A DNA stretch of 64,000 nucleotides from Eledone cirrhosa (GCA_964016885.1 OZ024748.1:15190001-15254000), one strand, 5' to 3'; shown: positions 1-11,850, numbered from the stretch's first letter. Program-made: numbers and translations. Notes: generated by a model not told the origin, from the sequence alone.

Positions 1-139
1 GAGGATGGTGAAAAAGAAGTACTGAAAGATCAATTCCAGATGATAGAGTAGTGGTTTGTTATTATGGCTAGTTAGTGATTATAGTGCCCAAATGCCATGG
101 AGTGAAGACTCAACCTGAATCCTGTGATTTCGAAAGAGA

Positions 140-304
140 GCCACACAGCCATTGCCTGCACTCCATCATCATCATCATAATTTTACATCTGTTTTTCCAT
201 GCCTGATACTGTGCTTTTCCAAAGAGAGCCTCTAAGCCACATAGCCATTGCCTGCACTCCATCATCATCATAATCATAATTTAACATCTGTTTTTCCATG
301 CCTG
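140..304. repeat. Local direct duplication (~96-bp offset) of a SINE-head/RTE-tail remnant
   Basis: agccacayagccattgcctgcactccatcatcatc...acatctgtttttccatgcctg occurs at ~140-205 and ~236-304. Confidence 0.75.
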
Positions 305-344
305 TATGGGTTGGATGGGTCTTCTATAACACCATTTCCCTTCA

Positions 345-440
345 CTTTTGCATTCTTTCATTATCTCTCTTGTGAGGTTCATTATATTGAGATCAGCTCT
401 CACCATTTCTGCCCAGGTTTTCCTTAAGTCTTCTTCTCTA
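345..440 (-). mobile_element. Decayed RTE LINE 3' fragment
   Basis: Reverse complement (gcagaaatggtgagagctgatctcaatataatgaacctcac) resembles the RTE 3' segment at ~4105-4160. Confidence 0.5.
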
Positions 441-1224
441 AAATCTAATTATCTAAAATCAATTGTATGTTCTACTTTTCAAACCATTATTTTGTCCTCA
501 ATAACTGACCTAAATAAGTAAACAGAATATTTCTTTATGTCTTTCTCTACTTTGTAATTTATTTTTTCTTTTCTCTTCTTGATTTATTTTGCTGATTGCG
601 TATCAAATTTGCATGTGTTTTTATTGTAAAAAAAACATTAGTATTTCCATGTTTAAACACATACTTATCATCTAAGGGATCATGACTAAAATATATATAT
701 AATATATACATATATATATATATATGTACTTTTCTAGCTAAATTGTTTAGAATTGTCTAATTTAAGTCATTAACTAGTTGCTTCTCTCAATTAGAAAGAA
801 TAAAAAACTATTATCAAAGTGCAATGATTTAGAGAATTTATTTTCAGAAAAATGCAACTAGGAAGTAGTCATTTAATGCATGTGCGTGTGCGTGTGTGTG
901 TGTGCGCACTGTGTTTAAGTGACCAGTAAATTGAATATGGGGCATGTTTTTGTAATCATAGAATATTTCAAGTCTTTCATGCAGTGAAAAGATCCATCAC
1001 TGTCACTAACACCATTATCACTCCTCCCTTCACACCACCACTCACCATCACCACGAACATCACCAGCACCATTCTCTAACAACTCCACCAATTTGTCACC
1101 AAATAAGATGTTATAGATATGAACTAAAATTCAATGTTACAACTGCAAGATGTAATATTTTCACTTAATCAATATAGTTAAGGACTCTTGTAAAAGCATC
1201 AGCTCCCTCCATTTTGTTGGAATT

Positions 1225-1640
1225 TTGACCCTTTTGTTATCATATTTCTAATGAATGATGCTGCCTATGATTCTCAAATTTTCAATTAATTCTGAAAATA
1301 ATCAAGAATTTGGAAGGATTTAGTAACACAACTTTCTCATTATTAACCTAGTTTCGAAACATAATTTAACCCTTTCAATATCATATTTCAAATGAATGAC
1401 ACTATGGTTTTCAATTAATTCTGAAAAAAAAATCAAGAATTCAGAAGAGTGTAGTAAAATAACTAGCTTTCTCATCATTAAGCTGGTGTTTGGAACATAA
1501 CCCTTTCAATGCCATATCCCTAATGAATGACATTAATTAAGATTTTCAATTTTGAAAATCATCAAAAATTTGGAAGGATTTAGCAATATAACTAAATTAT
1601 GATGGAAGGTTTTAGAATAAATATAAACACTTGAAACCAA
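1225..1640. repeat. Three tandem partial copies (~135-140 bp) of a piggyBac-like TTAA-CCC MITE
   Basis: (t)taaccctttc...catatttctaatgaat...gaaaataatcaagaatttggaaggatttag restarts at ~1225, ~1366 and ~1497; same family as 37230, 55932 and 62928. Confidence 0.65.
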
Positions 1641-1689
1641 GAAGCTTTCTATATCTTTATTGGTTCTGAATTTCTTGAAATGTGACTTA

Positions 1690-2009
1690 CCGTATCAACT
1701 TAAATATAAGCTGATAAGAATATAAGCCAACTGTTATTATTTCATGTCTGAGGAATTGGAAAAATCGAAAACCTTATTTCCGTAGAATTTGAAGCTGGTG
1801 CAAATGATCAAAATATTGATCACTGAATAGAAGCTGAGCCCACTATATTATGTCTGAAAATGAGCAAAAATCCAAGCCTTTTTTATGTAGAATTTGTAGT
1901 TGGTGAAAATCGTCAAAATATTGACCCAGAATATAAGCCGACCCCCCCCCCCCCCTCTACCATGATTCTTTGCTCACATATTCCTTGGCTTATATTCGAG
2001 TATATATGG
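1690..2009. mobile_element. Tc1/mariner-superfamily (Tc2/pogo-like) MITE
   Basis: TA|ccgtatcaacttaaatataagctga ... ttggcttatattcgagtatatatgg|TA: imperfect ~25-bp TIRs with CCGTA-type end and TA flanks; internal ~108-bp duplication. Confidence 0.65.
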
Positions 2010-3224
2010 TAATAGTCCATTGAGGTTGGGGACCAGGAACAATATCTGCATAACTGAAGTTAAATACTTTTAACAATTAAATATATCAAAATTTCCTTTT
2101 ATTCTGCAACTGACAGGAAACTTAATAGCCTCATCATATTTTGTTTGACAAGATGTAAGACCATTGTTGTTGAATGAACTCTTCTCCAGAATATTATCAA
2201 TTTTATCAATACTGTAAGGGTTGTGCCAATAGAGTCTCTATCTAGTTGCTCAACTTGTTAGAAATAGCAGCCAAATTTCCCTCAAATTAAACTGTTACAA
2301 AAAAAAAATGAAAAAGAACAGAGATAATGAGATTATAGGCCTGCTCAATTAGGGATGACCTGGAGGTAAAAACATCAGCATCAACACGATTGTAGTAAAT
2401 TTGATTTAGTTGAATGAATGGCACAATTAGGATTAAAATAGAAATCTGCTACAATCAGCAAGAGCTATAGTCTCTTTGTTACTGCTGGGTTTGATTAATC
2501 CCTACTGGAATATTTTAATTAATAATATTAATTACCTTAATTTAAAATTCGTTTGATATATGATATCTATTTTTAGGTGTCCATACTGGCTCCATACTGA
2601 CTCAATATCTTGACACAGAAACATATGTATTTCCTGTTTGCTTCATCTTTCTTTCTTCTATTAAACACGAAATTTATAATTAGAATGGAAGGAAAAGATT
2701 GTTTGGTGATGTTCATGCCTTTCTCAAAGAGCCTTACCTATATTATTACTTTTGGCCCCAAAATTGTTTGTTTTTAAAACATGAGCAGTGTCTTTCATTA
2801 GAAATATAACAAAAGTGTTAATCAGAACATGTCAGTGGGCTTGCAACTATACACCTGGAGAAGCATGTGCATGAGGGATAGCATTTCTCACAGAATTCAA
2901 GGTCTACTTAACCCTTTTGTGACAAGATTTCTAAAGAAATATACCCTATTTCCATAAATCAATGAAGAATTTTGAGGGATTTACATCTCATATCATTTCA
3001 AGTTTAGCTAGCTTTCCAGCAGATTATTTCTCATAAGTTTCTTGAGTGTTTTAATAACAGAGACCCAGTCATATCATGAGAAACTGCCTGAAATGAAGCA
3101 TATTTCTCAAGTACACAATGTGCTATCAAGTCCAGGAATCAAACCCATGGACTTATGATTTTGAGTAAAACACGCTAACCCGACTTTGCTATTATATACA
3201 CAACATAGATGATCCTGAAAATGA

Positions 3225-3460
3225 CTGATCCCCAAACATGACTAATCTAGAACATAGTTTGATCCAGAACATATTTCGATCCAGAAGATAATTAACCCAG
3301 AACATATTTTGATCCAGAAAATAATTAACCCAGAACATATTTTGATCCAGAAAATAATTAACCCAGAACATAGTCTAATACAAAGCATAGTTTGAGACAA
3401 AATATAATTTTATAAAAAACAGTTTGACTCTAAGAATATGGCTAATCCAGAATATAGTTG
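3225..3460. repeat. Minisatellite, ~16/33-bp unit (gatccagaaaataattaacccagaacatatttt)
   Basis: Near-perfect copies 3278-3370 with degenerate flanking units. Confidence 0.8.
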
Positions 3461-3874
3461 CACATTACTTGAAAAGAAATACGAAGTAAACATTGACATC
3501 AAATCTGCAACAGGAATTCGTAAGGCAGTTTAATACAATTCACAGCATCATTCTGGCAATGCCAACAGCAATATTAATGCCAAGATATCATGAATAAATG
3601 TGATGTGTGATGTAGTAAAACAACAAAACAAACCAACCCAAAATATCACCACCATGTTGCATTTAAATATATTTTAGGGTTTAGAGATGTATTGGTCTAT
3701 TCTAAACATTGCTGAGTATCAACACGCCATGTACAACTAAATAGAGCTGTATAACTCCTCACAGTTACCGTTATTTTCTTAACTCTCACAAATGGTAAAC
3801 ACCAACCACCAAGAAAGATAGAGTGAAAGAGAGAGGGAGACGGAGTGATATAAAGGGTCATTGACTTTAATACA

Positions 3875-4253
3875 AAGACATATGTATGCTCCGTTGGATG
3901 TGCAATGTCAATGTGCGGGAACGACCAAGCATGGACAAGTTGAGAAAGAAACTGGGTATAAGAGGGATAAGTTGTGGTGTGCAGGAGAGAAGGCTGAGAT
4001 GGTATGGGCATGTGATGTGCATGGAGGATGACCGCTGGGTAAAGAAGTGCCAAGAAATCCCAGTAGAAGGAAGACGCAGAAGAGGTAGACCATGTAAAAC
4101 ATGAGCAGAGGTGGTGAGAGCAGACCTCAGATCTCTGAATCTCACTGAGGAGATGACGAAGGACCATGACAAGTGGAGAGATGGTGTGCTGAATAGGACC
4201 TGTCCCACCCTTGCAAGCAGGGAAAAGCAGACATAAAATGATGATGATGATGA
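3875..4253 (+). mobile_element. RTE-clade LINE 3' end (5'-truncated, ORF C-terminus + (TGA)n tail)
   Basis: MLRWMCNV...RRLRWYGHVMCMEDDRWVKKC...VEGRRRRGRPCKT*AEVVRADL is the typical RTE C-terminal motif with a premature stop; ends in cccacccttgcaagcagggaaaagcagacataaaa(tga)5 followed by (TA)n. Confidence 0.9.
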
Positions 4254-4487
4254 TATATATATATCATCATAGTTTAACGTACATTTTCCACACTAGCATG
4301 GGTTATATATACACTCACACATACACACATATATATATATATTTCTATATATATATATATATCAATCATCATCATTGTCGATTAACATCTATCTTCCACG
4401 CTAGCATGGGTTAGACGGGTTTGTGCCATTTAGAGGCAAGTTGGGTTGAGTGACCGTGTGGCGCTCATATAGGAGATTTTCTGGCTG

Positions 4488-4527
<40 letters not shown>

Positions 4528-5787
4528 CAGATGTGTATGTGTGTATATATATAGAGAGATAGATAGATATATAAATGGATAGTTAGATTGATAAATAGAT
4601 AAGAGCGTATGTGTGTCAGAGTGAGTGACTGCCCGTAAATGTATAAAGATATTATATTGATAAATAAATGAATAAATAAACTGATAAAAGCCAAAATGAA
4701 ATTGCAATGCATCGTTCTATTATCGTAGATCTTTCTTATGCTAATAAAGCAATGTTGATGGCTTCCCTTTATTCAAACATTGATTATCTGTGGTGCATGT
4801 AATCTAGAATATTGTCAGGGTAATTACATACATATTTATAATTAACTAAGCATTTACCAATAGAATAACTTCCACAATTGGCAATATCTTTGTGCTTGTT
4901 CAACTAATTACTTCAACATCAGTGAATTTAATTCAACAGTCACCTGCTATAGAGATCAATAGATAAGTTTCTGAAGAGGATATGGGGGAAACCAATCGCT
5001 CTTTCATACAGCCTATCTATATTCATTGATATGAATATTATGGAAGGTGTTTTTAGTCTGCTTTTGTAAACGAGCAAATGGTGTTGATATTATATAGTTT
5101 ATATATATGTTGTTGTTGCTGTCATACATGCAACTACTAATCTTTGAATATAATCTGTCTGCTTTCTGTCTTCTTTCAACAGCTTTTTTTTTTATAATTA
5201 TTTCACAACTTTGTTGTGATTCTCTTTACTTGCTGTTTGGTTTGTTTTGTTTAGTATTTCTAAAACCCTTGAGAAATATTATTAATCTTATGTAGCATAG
5301 ATTACAATCAATAGACTAGCACAGATACTAGCAAAATTACAATATGGTGCCATTTATCAACAAGATAAAAATGTTATTTCTCACATCTCAAGGTTTAAGT
5401 TTTATCATCATATGTACTTTCCTTTTATTTTTTTATTTTTTGTTTTCAATTTTATTTCTTCAGGGTATATCTTGAAATCTATACTTGAAATTTTTATTAA
5501 ACATTCTAACCTCATTAAAGACTCAAAGGTCTTGAAGAATGAGAAACTGGAGTGGCCAATTCAAGTATCTACAATGTCTGACTTAATTAGACATTTTATT
5601 TTGTATTGTTCATATTGTTCATAGACAGATAGATTAAAGATGGATGGTATGAGATCAATATACACCAGACAGAATATCTATTTCTTTTTAAATGACTATT
5701 CATTAGCAAATATGTATTAAGTAATGAAAGTACTGTGGCAGCATGTGTGTAAATATATTGTGAATAAATATACATGCAAATGTTTAA

Positions 5788-5965
5788 CCCTTTCATTACC
5801 ATATTTCTTCTAATGAAATACATTGTCTATGATTGTAAAATACTTTTGAAAATAATCAAGAATTTGGTGGCATGTAGTTTTATAACTAACTTTCAAATTA
5901 TTAAGCTGATGCTTGAAGCACGACTTAACAAAAGTTCTTGCATAAAATCATAATGGAAGGTTTAT
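5788..5965. mobile_element. Partial piggyBac-like MITE
   Basis: ttaa|ccctttcattaccatatttc...gaaaataatcaagaatttgg...taagctgatgcttgaagc matches the family. Confidence 0.55.
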
Positions 5966-6367
5966 ATATTCATATAAATACTTTAATATTAATGGTTTTG
6001 TATCATAGAACCAGGAGCAGTTTCAAGTGACTTGAAATCAAAAAGGTTAATATACATACATTTACACATGTTGTATAAATAAAGCCAATGGTTAAACTAC
6101 AGGTTTTCTCTCTATCTCTTTCTTTCTTTCTCTGGAGAAAAGAGGAAGTATTTATTGATGATCCAGTGATGACCAGAAAAGCTAGAGTGAAGTTTTTCAA
6201 TGCATTCTGCAATAAGGATATATTGTATAGATGTCTTTATTCTGAACTACATTGTGTATGTTTTAACTAATAGGTAACTGGGTTTGTGATTCCAATGGTG
6301 TAATAAGCAAAAAAGGACTCAACATCATGTGGTATCTCAAGGGTGGTACAGGAATGGATTTAAATAC

Positions 6368-6483
6368 TTCAATGAAAAACACGAGAAAGCCAGATTCCAA
6401 TAATCTCCATGGCCACATAAATACATATTATGCAACATTAAAGAAAGTTATTGGAATCCAGCCTTCTTGTGTGCCTCATTGAA
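6368..6483. mobile_element. Short palindromic (fold-back) element
   Basis: ttcaatgaaaaacacgagaaagccagattccaataat and gttattggaatccagccttcttgtgtgcctcattgaa are ~37-bp imperfect inverted repeats around a ~40-bp spacer. Confidence 0.6.
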
Positions 6484-6989
6484 ATATTATATATATATAA
6501 AGCGAGAGAGAGTTAGAGAGAACAGGGGAGACCATTATACCTTTCTAATTTATTATTGAGGACATAAACCTAGCTCTTTCTATCCATTAATACTCTACCT
6601 CCTACCATCACTACCATACTACGCTGCAACACCACCACTACCACACTACCTCCCAACACCACCACTACCACAACACCTCCCAACACCAACACTACACTGC
6701 TGCTAGTGCTGTTACTGATGCCAATATTACTATCCATGTAAATATCTATATTCCCTGCAATAATCCCCTAATGGAAAAAAAATGCTGCCAGCTGTATTTG
6801 AAATAATGACAATCATAAATTCCTTCATTCCTTCATTCTCTTATTCCTATATTCTTTCATTATTTTACTCTTATTTTGGTTTGTTGTTTGTTAGTTAGTT
6901 AGTTATATAAGGAAAGATAAGTAATTGAAAGAAATATAGACCCATGTCAAAAACATCTGGTCTGAGCTTCAGTAAATATAAATAAATGT

Positions 6990-7169
6990 TTGTGTGTATG
7001 TATGTGTATATATAGATATATATATGTGTGTGTGAATGCATATATATATATGTATATATATACACACATATATATATATATATATTTATATATAATATAT
7101 GTGTGTATATATGCATATATATATATATATAATATATGTGTGTATATATGCGTATATATATATATATAT

Positions 7170-7220
<51 letters not shown>

Positions 7221-7312
7221 CATATAATATATGTGTGTATATATGTGTGTATATATGTATGTGTATATATATATATATATAATATATGTGTGTATATATG
7301 TGTGTATATATG

Positions 7313-7350
<38 letters not shown>

Positions 7351-7423
7351 GTGTGTATATATGTATGTGTGTATATATATATATATATATAATATATTTG
7401 TGTATATATATATATAATATATT

Positions 7424-7461
<38 letters not shown>

Positions 7462-7600
7462 TACATACATATATACAACTGATGATAGCATGGAAGATGA
7501 TGATGATGATGATACATATACACACATATATACACATATATATATATACATATACAGAGAGAGAGAGAGAGAGATCATTATCACATATATATGTGTGTTC
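6990..7600. repeat. (TA)n/(TG)n compound microsatellite
   Basis: Directly visible; source of the YIYI ORFs. Confidence 0.95.
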
Positions 7601-7882
7601 ATGAGTGGGTGTGCATTCAGTAAATAGATGTATCAAGAGGTCAGTTGTTTTGTATTTTTTGTATTGTTCTTCTTATTATTTGTTATTTATACACATTATT
7701 TCATTTGCCTTATTTTCAATTTCCCTAAATCACAGATATTGTTATATATAACATAATTCAAATAAATATTAATATCTGAAATATATAGTTTATTGCATTC
7801 CTGAATTTCTTTGTATTACATAATGTTGTATGTTGCTTTGAGAAATGTCTGCTATATACATACACCCACACTAAAAACATAG

Positions 7883-7920
<38 letters not shown>

Positions 7921-7948
7921 GTATATACACACACACACACAAATCAAA

Positions 7949-8175
7949 AATAAAAAAAAGGAAAGGTTCCCCTCTCCTCTCTTTCGGTCATGACTGGTCA
8001 AAGGTCCTGTATCTATTAGTGACTGTTTGACTGACAGTGGGGTTGCCTCACCAAGACACATGTCAGTCAAACAGTCACTAATAGATACAGGACCTTTGAC
8101 CAGTCATGACCGAAAGAGAGGAGAGGGGAACCTTTCCTTTTTTTATTGTGGGGTTGCCTCACCGAGACACATGTC
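7949..8175. repeat. Near-perfect 88-bp inverted repeat with 24-nt loop; loop repeated directly after right arm
   Basis: Arms 7949-8036 and 8061-8147 differ only by one base in an A/T run; gtggggttgcctcaccragacacatgtc at 8037-8064 and 8148-8175. Confidence 0.95.
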
Positions 8176-8425
8176 TAGGCCTGATGAAAGACATGCACTT
8201 GACTATGCTTACAAGTCTTCCCTCTCCATGATACAGATGTTGCCTGTTGCCCAAAGGAAAGTCAAAGGCCAAGACAGCTACACACAGATGTCTTGGCTAC
8301 TTATTTTTCTCTTCAGCTGAGTGGATTGGAGTAATGTGAAATAAAGTATGTTGTTCAAAGACAAGCGTTGCCCAATCTAACAATCAAAATCATAATTGTA
8401 CAACAATGTACCCACTAAGCCACAC
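7975..8425 (-). mobile_element. Decayed tRNA-headed SINE (family-A-type head, long alternative tail) hosting the inversion
   Basis: cagctgagtggattggagtaatgtgaaataaagtatgttgttcaaag...cccactaagccac matches the SINE head/centre; cctctccatg...gttgcccaaaggaaagtcaaaggcc resembles 38560-38605. Confidence 0.5.
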
Positions 8426-8645
8426 ACAATCCTTATTAGAATTTAGAAGAATATATAAAAAAATAAAATCGTTTTCCTCCAAAACAAATCAATCGGATAG
8501 TGTGGGATAGTATCAGTTTTGCTTTCATGATTTCATTTCCTACCAAGGAATTTCAAAAAAATGAAAATATGAATAATACTATTAATAGTAATGGAGATGT
8601 GAACACAATTTTAAACCAGGTTTTATTCAATACTGATGTAGCAAA

Positions 8646-8727
8646 TCTCATCACTGATACCTCAAAGAAATAAATAATAATATTTTCTCACTGATTCCTC
8701 AAAGAAATAAATAATAATATTTTCTCA
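8646..8727. repeat. 36-bp tandem duplication
   Basis: tcactgatwcctcaaagaaataaataataatattttctca occurs twice. Confidence 0.85.
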
Positions 8728-9654
8728 TTATTTCTCCCCAAACTATACAATATTACAAGTATGGCTATTCACATTAAAATAATCTTTTCATTCTCTCTCT
8801 CTCTCTCTCTCTGGAGATGTTTCTTTTATGTTAGTTACCAATTTTAAAAGAGATGGTTGGTATTGAGGGTATTCAACTTAATCTGATACCCTACCCCACA
8901 ATTCTTACATTAAATCTTATTCTATTTTTTAAAATGTTCATTGAAACTCAGTTTTTTTTTCCTCCTTTAAAATATCAATTCATCACCATCATCATTGAAA
9001 TCCTGGAGTGTGCATATAAAAGATGAAATATTCACATCTCAGTGTGAGGAATGAAAGCTTTTAGCCATAATGCATCTCATGGTTCATCTGGTATAAATAT
9101 TGTGCTTTTTTAAAGATAGAAGAAGTATCTTTACTCAAATGAAAGAAAGTCTCATCATATTTGAAAAAAAAAAACATTTAAAATTAAAGTAAAAAATATT
9201 TCTTGAAAGTGATCTCTTCGAAAGCCAAATTTCAAATACTTATAACTAAACACATATGTGTTGATATTGAAGAAAAATCTTACTTTAAAAATTTTTGAAT
9301 ATCGAAATTTCTCTCATAAAACTATAACAGGAAATGCCATGTTTTCGATACTCTATATATTTAGGTCAGATTAAAATGATTTGTTACTGGTAACCTTGCA
9401 AATTTCTAGTACTGCCTCTTTCATGGTTAGTATGTCAATGACTAAACCATCATTATCAACACCACTCGAGTGTTTCCCTGTGGTGTCTTAAGGGTAGATA
9501 AACACCCTGACATAAAACAATATCTTTCCACAAAGGTGAACTCAACAATGAGTCAACAGCCCAAACTACATATGGAGCTTGGAACTATTGAGGATGTTGA
9601 TTCTAGTACTTTTGACCCTAAACCTGGTTCTCTCTCTCTCTCTCTGATATACTG

Positions 9655-9975
9655 CCCTCTTACCTTTCTTTCTGATTTATGGAGACCCAAGCAAATAAAA
9701 CCCCTTGGTAAATGGCTAGGATTACTATCATATCAGTGAAGCACTTGCTTTTCCTTTGACTCAGGGAGACCTAGACAAGTTAAATCCCTTGATAAATGTG
9801 AGCAGACCCCTCTAAAGTTAACTTAAATCAGCCTTGGTTATGAATATCTTCATCCCCTCCTCACCCTTTACCTTTCTTTTTGCCCATGGGGACCTAGGTT
9901 AAGAGAAACCCCTTTATAAATGTGAGCACCACCCTTAGCGACTTAACTCAATCCTGGTTAGTATCATTATCTTCA
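9655..9975. repeat. Degenerate ~90-120-bp unit x3; related copy at 43470-43606
   Basis: cctttgac...ggagacc(c/t)aggcaag...aaccccttgataaatgtgagca...cttaa..ca..cctggtta recurs. Confidence 0.55.
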
Positions 9976-10417
9976 TTTCATCTCAACTATCAATCACATA
10001 TTCCCACGCCCATTCCACAATGATACTCAATATCTATATATACTGACTATTGATGAGTGATACTACAAGAGCAGACGTGTGTCATTCTATATATTTAGGT
10101 CATAGATATTTACTTTGAAGACAAAGAGTAAAGAAGCCAGTCTATGAGTTGTCAATTGTGAAGGTGGTAATTATTTTTATTTAAATCAAATTAATTAATT
10201 CTTATTATGATCAGCTATTTAATTTTCTTTAATTATTAGCTGGAATTCAGTCATCAATGATGCAATACAGCATTCTTAACTGTCAGTTTTTGTTAGAAAG
10301 ATGAACAGTTGAATTGATCATGTTTCAAGATTATGCAATCATTCAGTTTCAATTACTGATAATGATGGGAGAGTTTTTTTTTTTTAAATGTGTCCTGACA
10401 ATGAAAGATTTGGGAAG

Positions 10418-10920
10418 GTGTGGTATGGTGTAGTGTAGTGTGATGTGGTGGGTTGGGGTGTGATATGGTGGGTTGGGGGTGTGATATGGTGGGTTGGGGT
10501 GTGGTGTGGAGTGGTATTGTGTGGTGTGATGTGATGCAATGACAGTGTAAATATAGGAGGGTGTGGTGTCGAGTAATAATAGAGAATGTGGTGTGGTGTG
10601 ATGTGCTATAGTGTGGTATGGTGTGGAGTGGTGTATTGTAGTGTGGTGTGGTGTATTGTGGTGTGGTGTGGTGTATTGTAGTGTGGTGTGTTGTGTTGAG
10701 ATGTACAATCAGAGGTGGTGGAGTGTGGTGTATTGTAGTGTGGTGTGGTGTATTGTAGTGTGGTGTGGTGTGGTGTTGTGTTGTGTTGAGATGTACAATC
10801 AGAGGTGGTGGAGTGAGGTTGTATTGTAGTGTGGTGTATTGTAGTGTGGTGTGGTGTATTGTAGTGTGGTGTGGTGTATTGTAGTGTGTTGTGTTGAGAT
10901 GTACAATCAGAGGTGGTGGG
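10418..10920. repeat. G/T-rich (GTGTG/GTATTGTAGTGTGGTGTG) compound repeat
   Basis: Pentamer-based repeat with an embedded gtgttgagatgtacaatcagaggtggtgg unit three times. Confidence 0.85.
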
Positions 10921-11305
10921 GCTGAGGTGTAAATATGTTATGTACAGACCGAGGAAAATGTGGGAGATGGGGATGGGCAGTGGTGTACTATGTGAGGAAG
11001 AAGTGAGGGGTGGGGGTTAGGTATTGTGTACAGACTGGGGTGGAGGTGGGGTGGCGTATAGCGAGTGAGAAAAAAGTGGGAATGAGGGTGAGGTGGGGTG
11101 TGATGTAGAGAGTGAGGAGGAAGAGGGAATGAGGGTGTGGCGAGGTATACAGTGGGGGCAATGTGTGAGGTGGGGGTGAGGTGTTGTGGGATGATCTAAT
11201 GATGTGTCTTGTAAAAAAAAGAATTGGAGAATTAATTCAATTGGTGAATTGTTGCATTGCAGACTCACTGAACTCAAGATAAATTAGAAAACTGATGTAG
11301 TAATA

Positions 11306-11850
11306 GTGGTGGTAGTGGTAGTAGTGGTGGTGTTAAAAGTAGTAGTGGTGGTGGTGATAGTAGTAGTAGTAGTGTTAAAAGTAGTAGTGGTGGTGGTGAT
11401 AGTAGTAGTGGTGGTGTTAAAAGTAGTAGTGGTGGTGGTGATAGTAGTAGTAGTAGTGTTAAAAGTAGTAGTGGTGGTGGTGATAGTAGTAGTGGTGGTG
11501 TTAAAAGTAGTAGTGGTGGTGGTGATAGTAGTAGTAGTAGTGTTAAAAGTAGTAGTGGTGGTGGTGATAGTAGTAGTATAGTAGTGTTAAAAGTAGTGGT
11601 GGTGGTGGTAGTAGTAGTAGTAGTGTTAAAAGTAGTGGTGGTGGTGGTAGTAATAGTAGTGGTGGTGGTGGTAGGGATGATGGTGGTGATAGTAGTGGTA
11701 GTGATGATGGCGGTGGTATCTGTAGTAGTAGTGGTGGCAGTAGGGTAGTAGTAGTAGTAGTGATGTTGGTGGTTGTAATAATAGTAGTGATGGTGGTGGG
11801 GGGTAGTAGTAGTAGTAGTTAGTAGTAGTTAGTAATAGTTGTAGTAATGA
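11306..11850. repeat. 42-bp minisatellite (ttaaaa-(gta/gtg)n) grading into (GTA/GTG)n
   Basis: ttaaaa at 11333, 11375, 11417, 11459, 11501, 11543. Confidence 0.9.

Noticed and set aside
3225-3460. CRISPR-like array (also 41830-41965 and 58790-59235)
   Set aside because: No unique spacers of constant length, no cas genes, eukaryotic context.
3697-4208. Minus-strand ORFs of 156 and 113 aa
   Set aside because: Antisense shadows of the plus-strand RTE fragment.
6895-7636. Long YIYI/IYIY ORFs here and at 13638-14187, 39683-40024, 42564-43089 and 47284-49474
   Set aside because: Translations of (TA)n/(CA)n microsatellites that lack stop codons by construction.
8181-8200. CTGATGA hammerhead core
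   Set aside because: No stem II or correctly placed GAAA partner motif.
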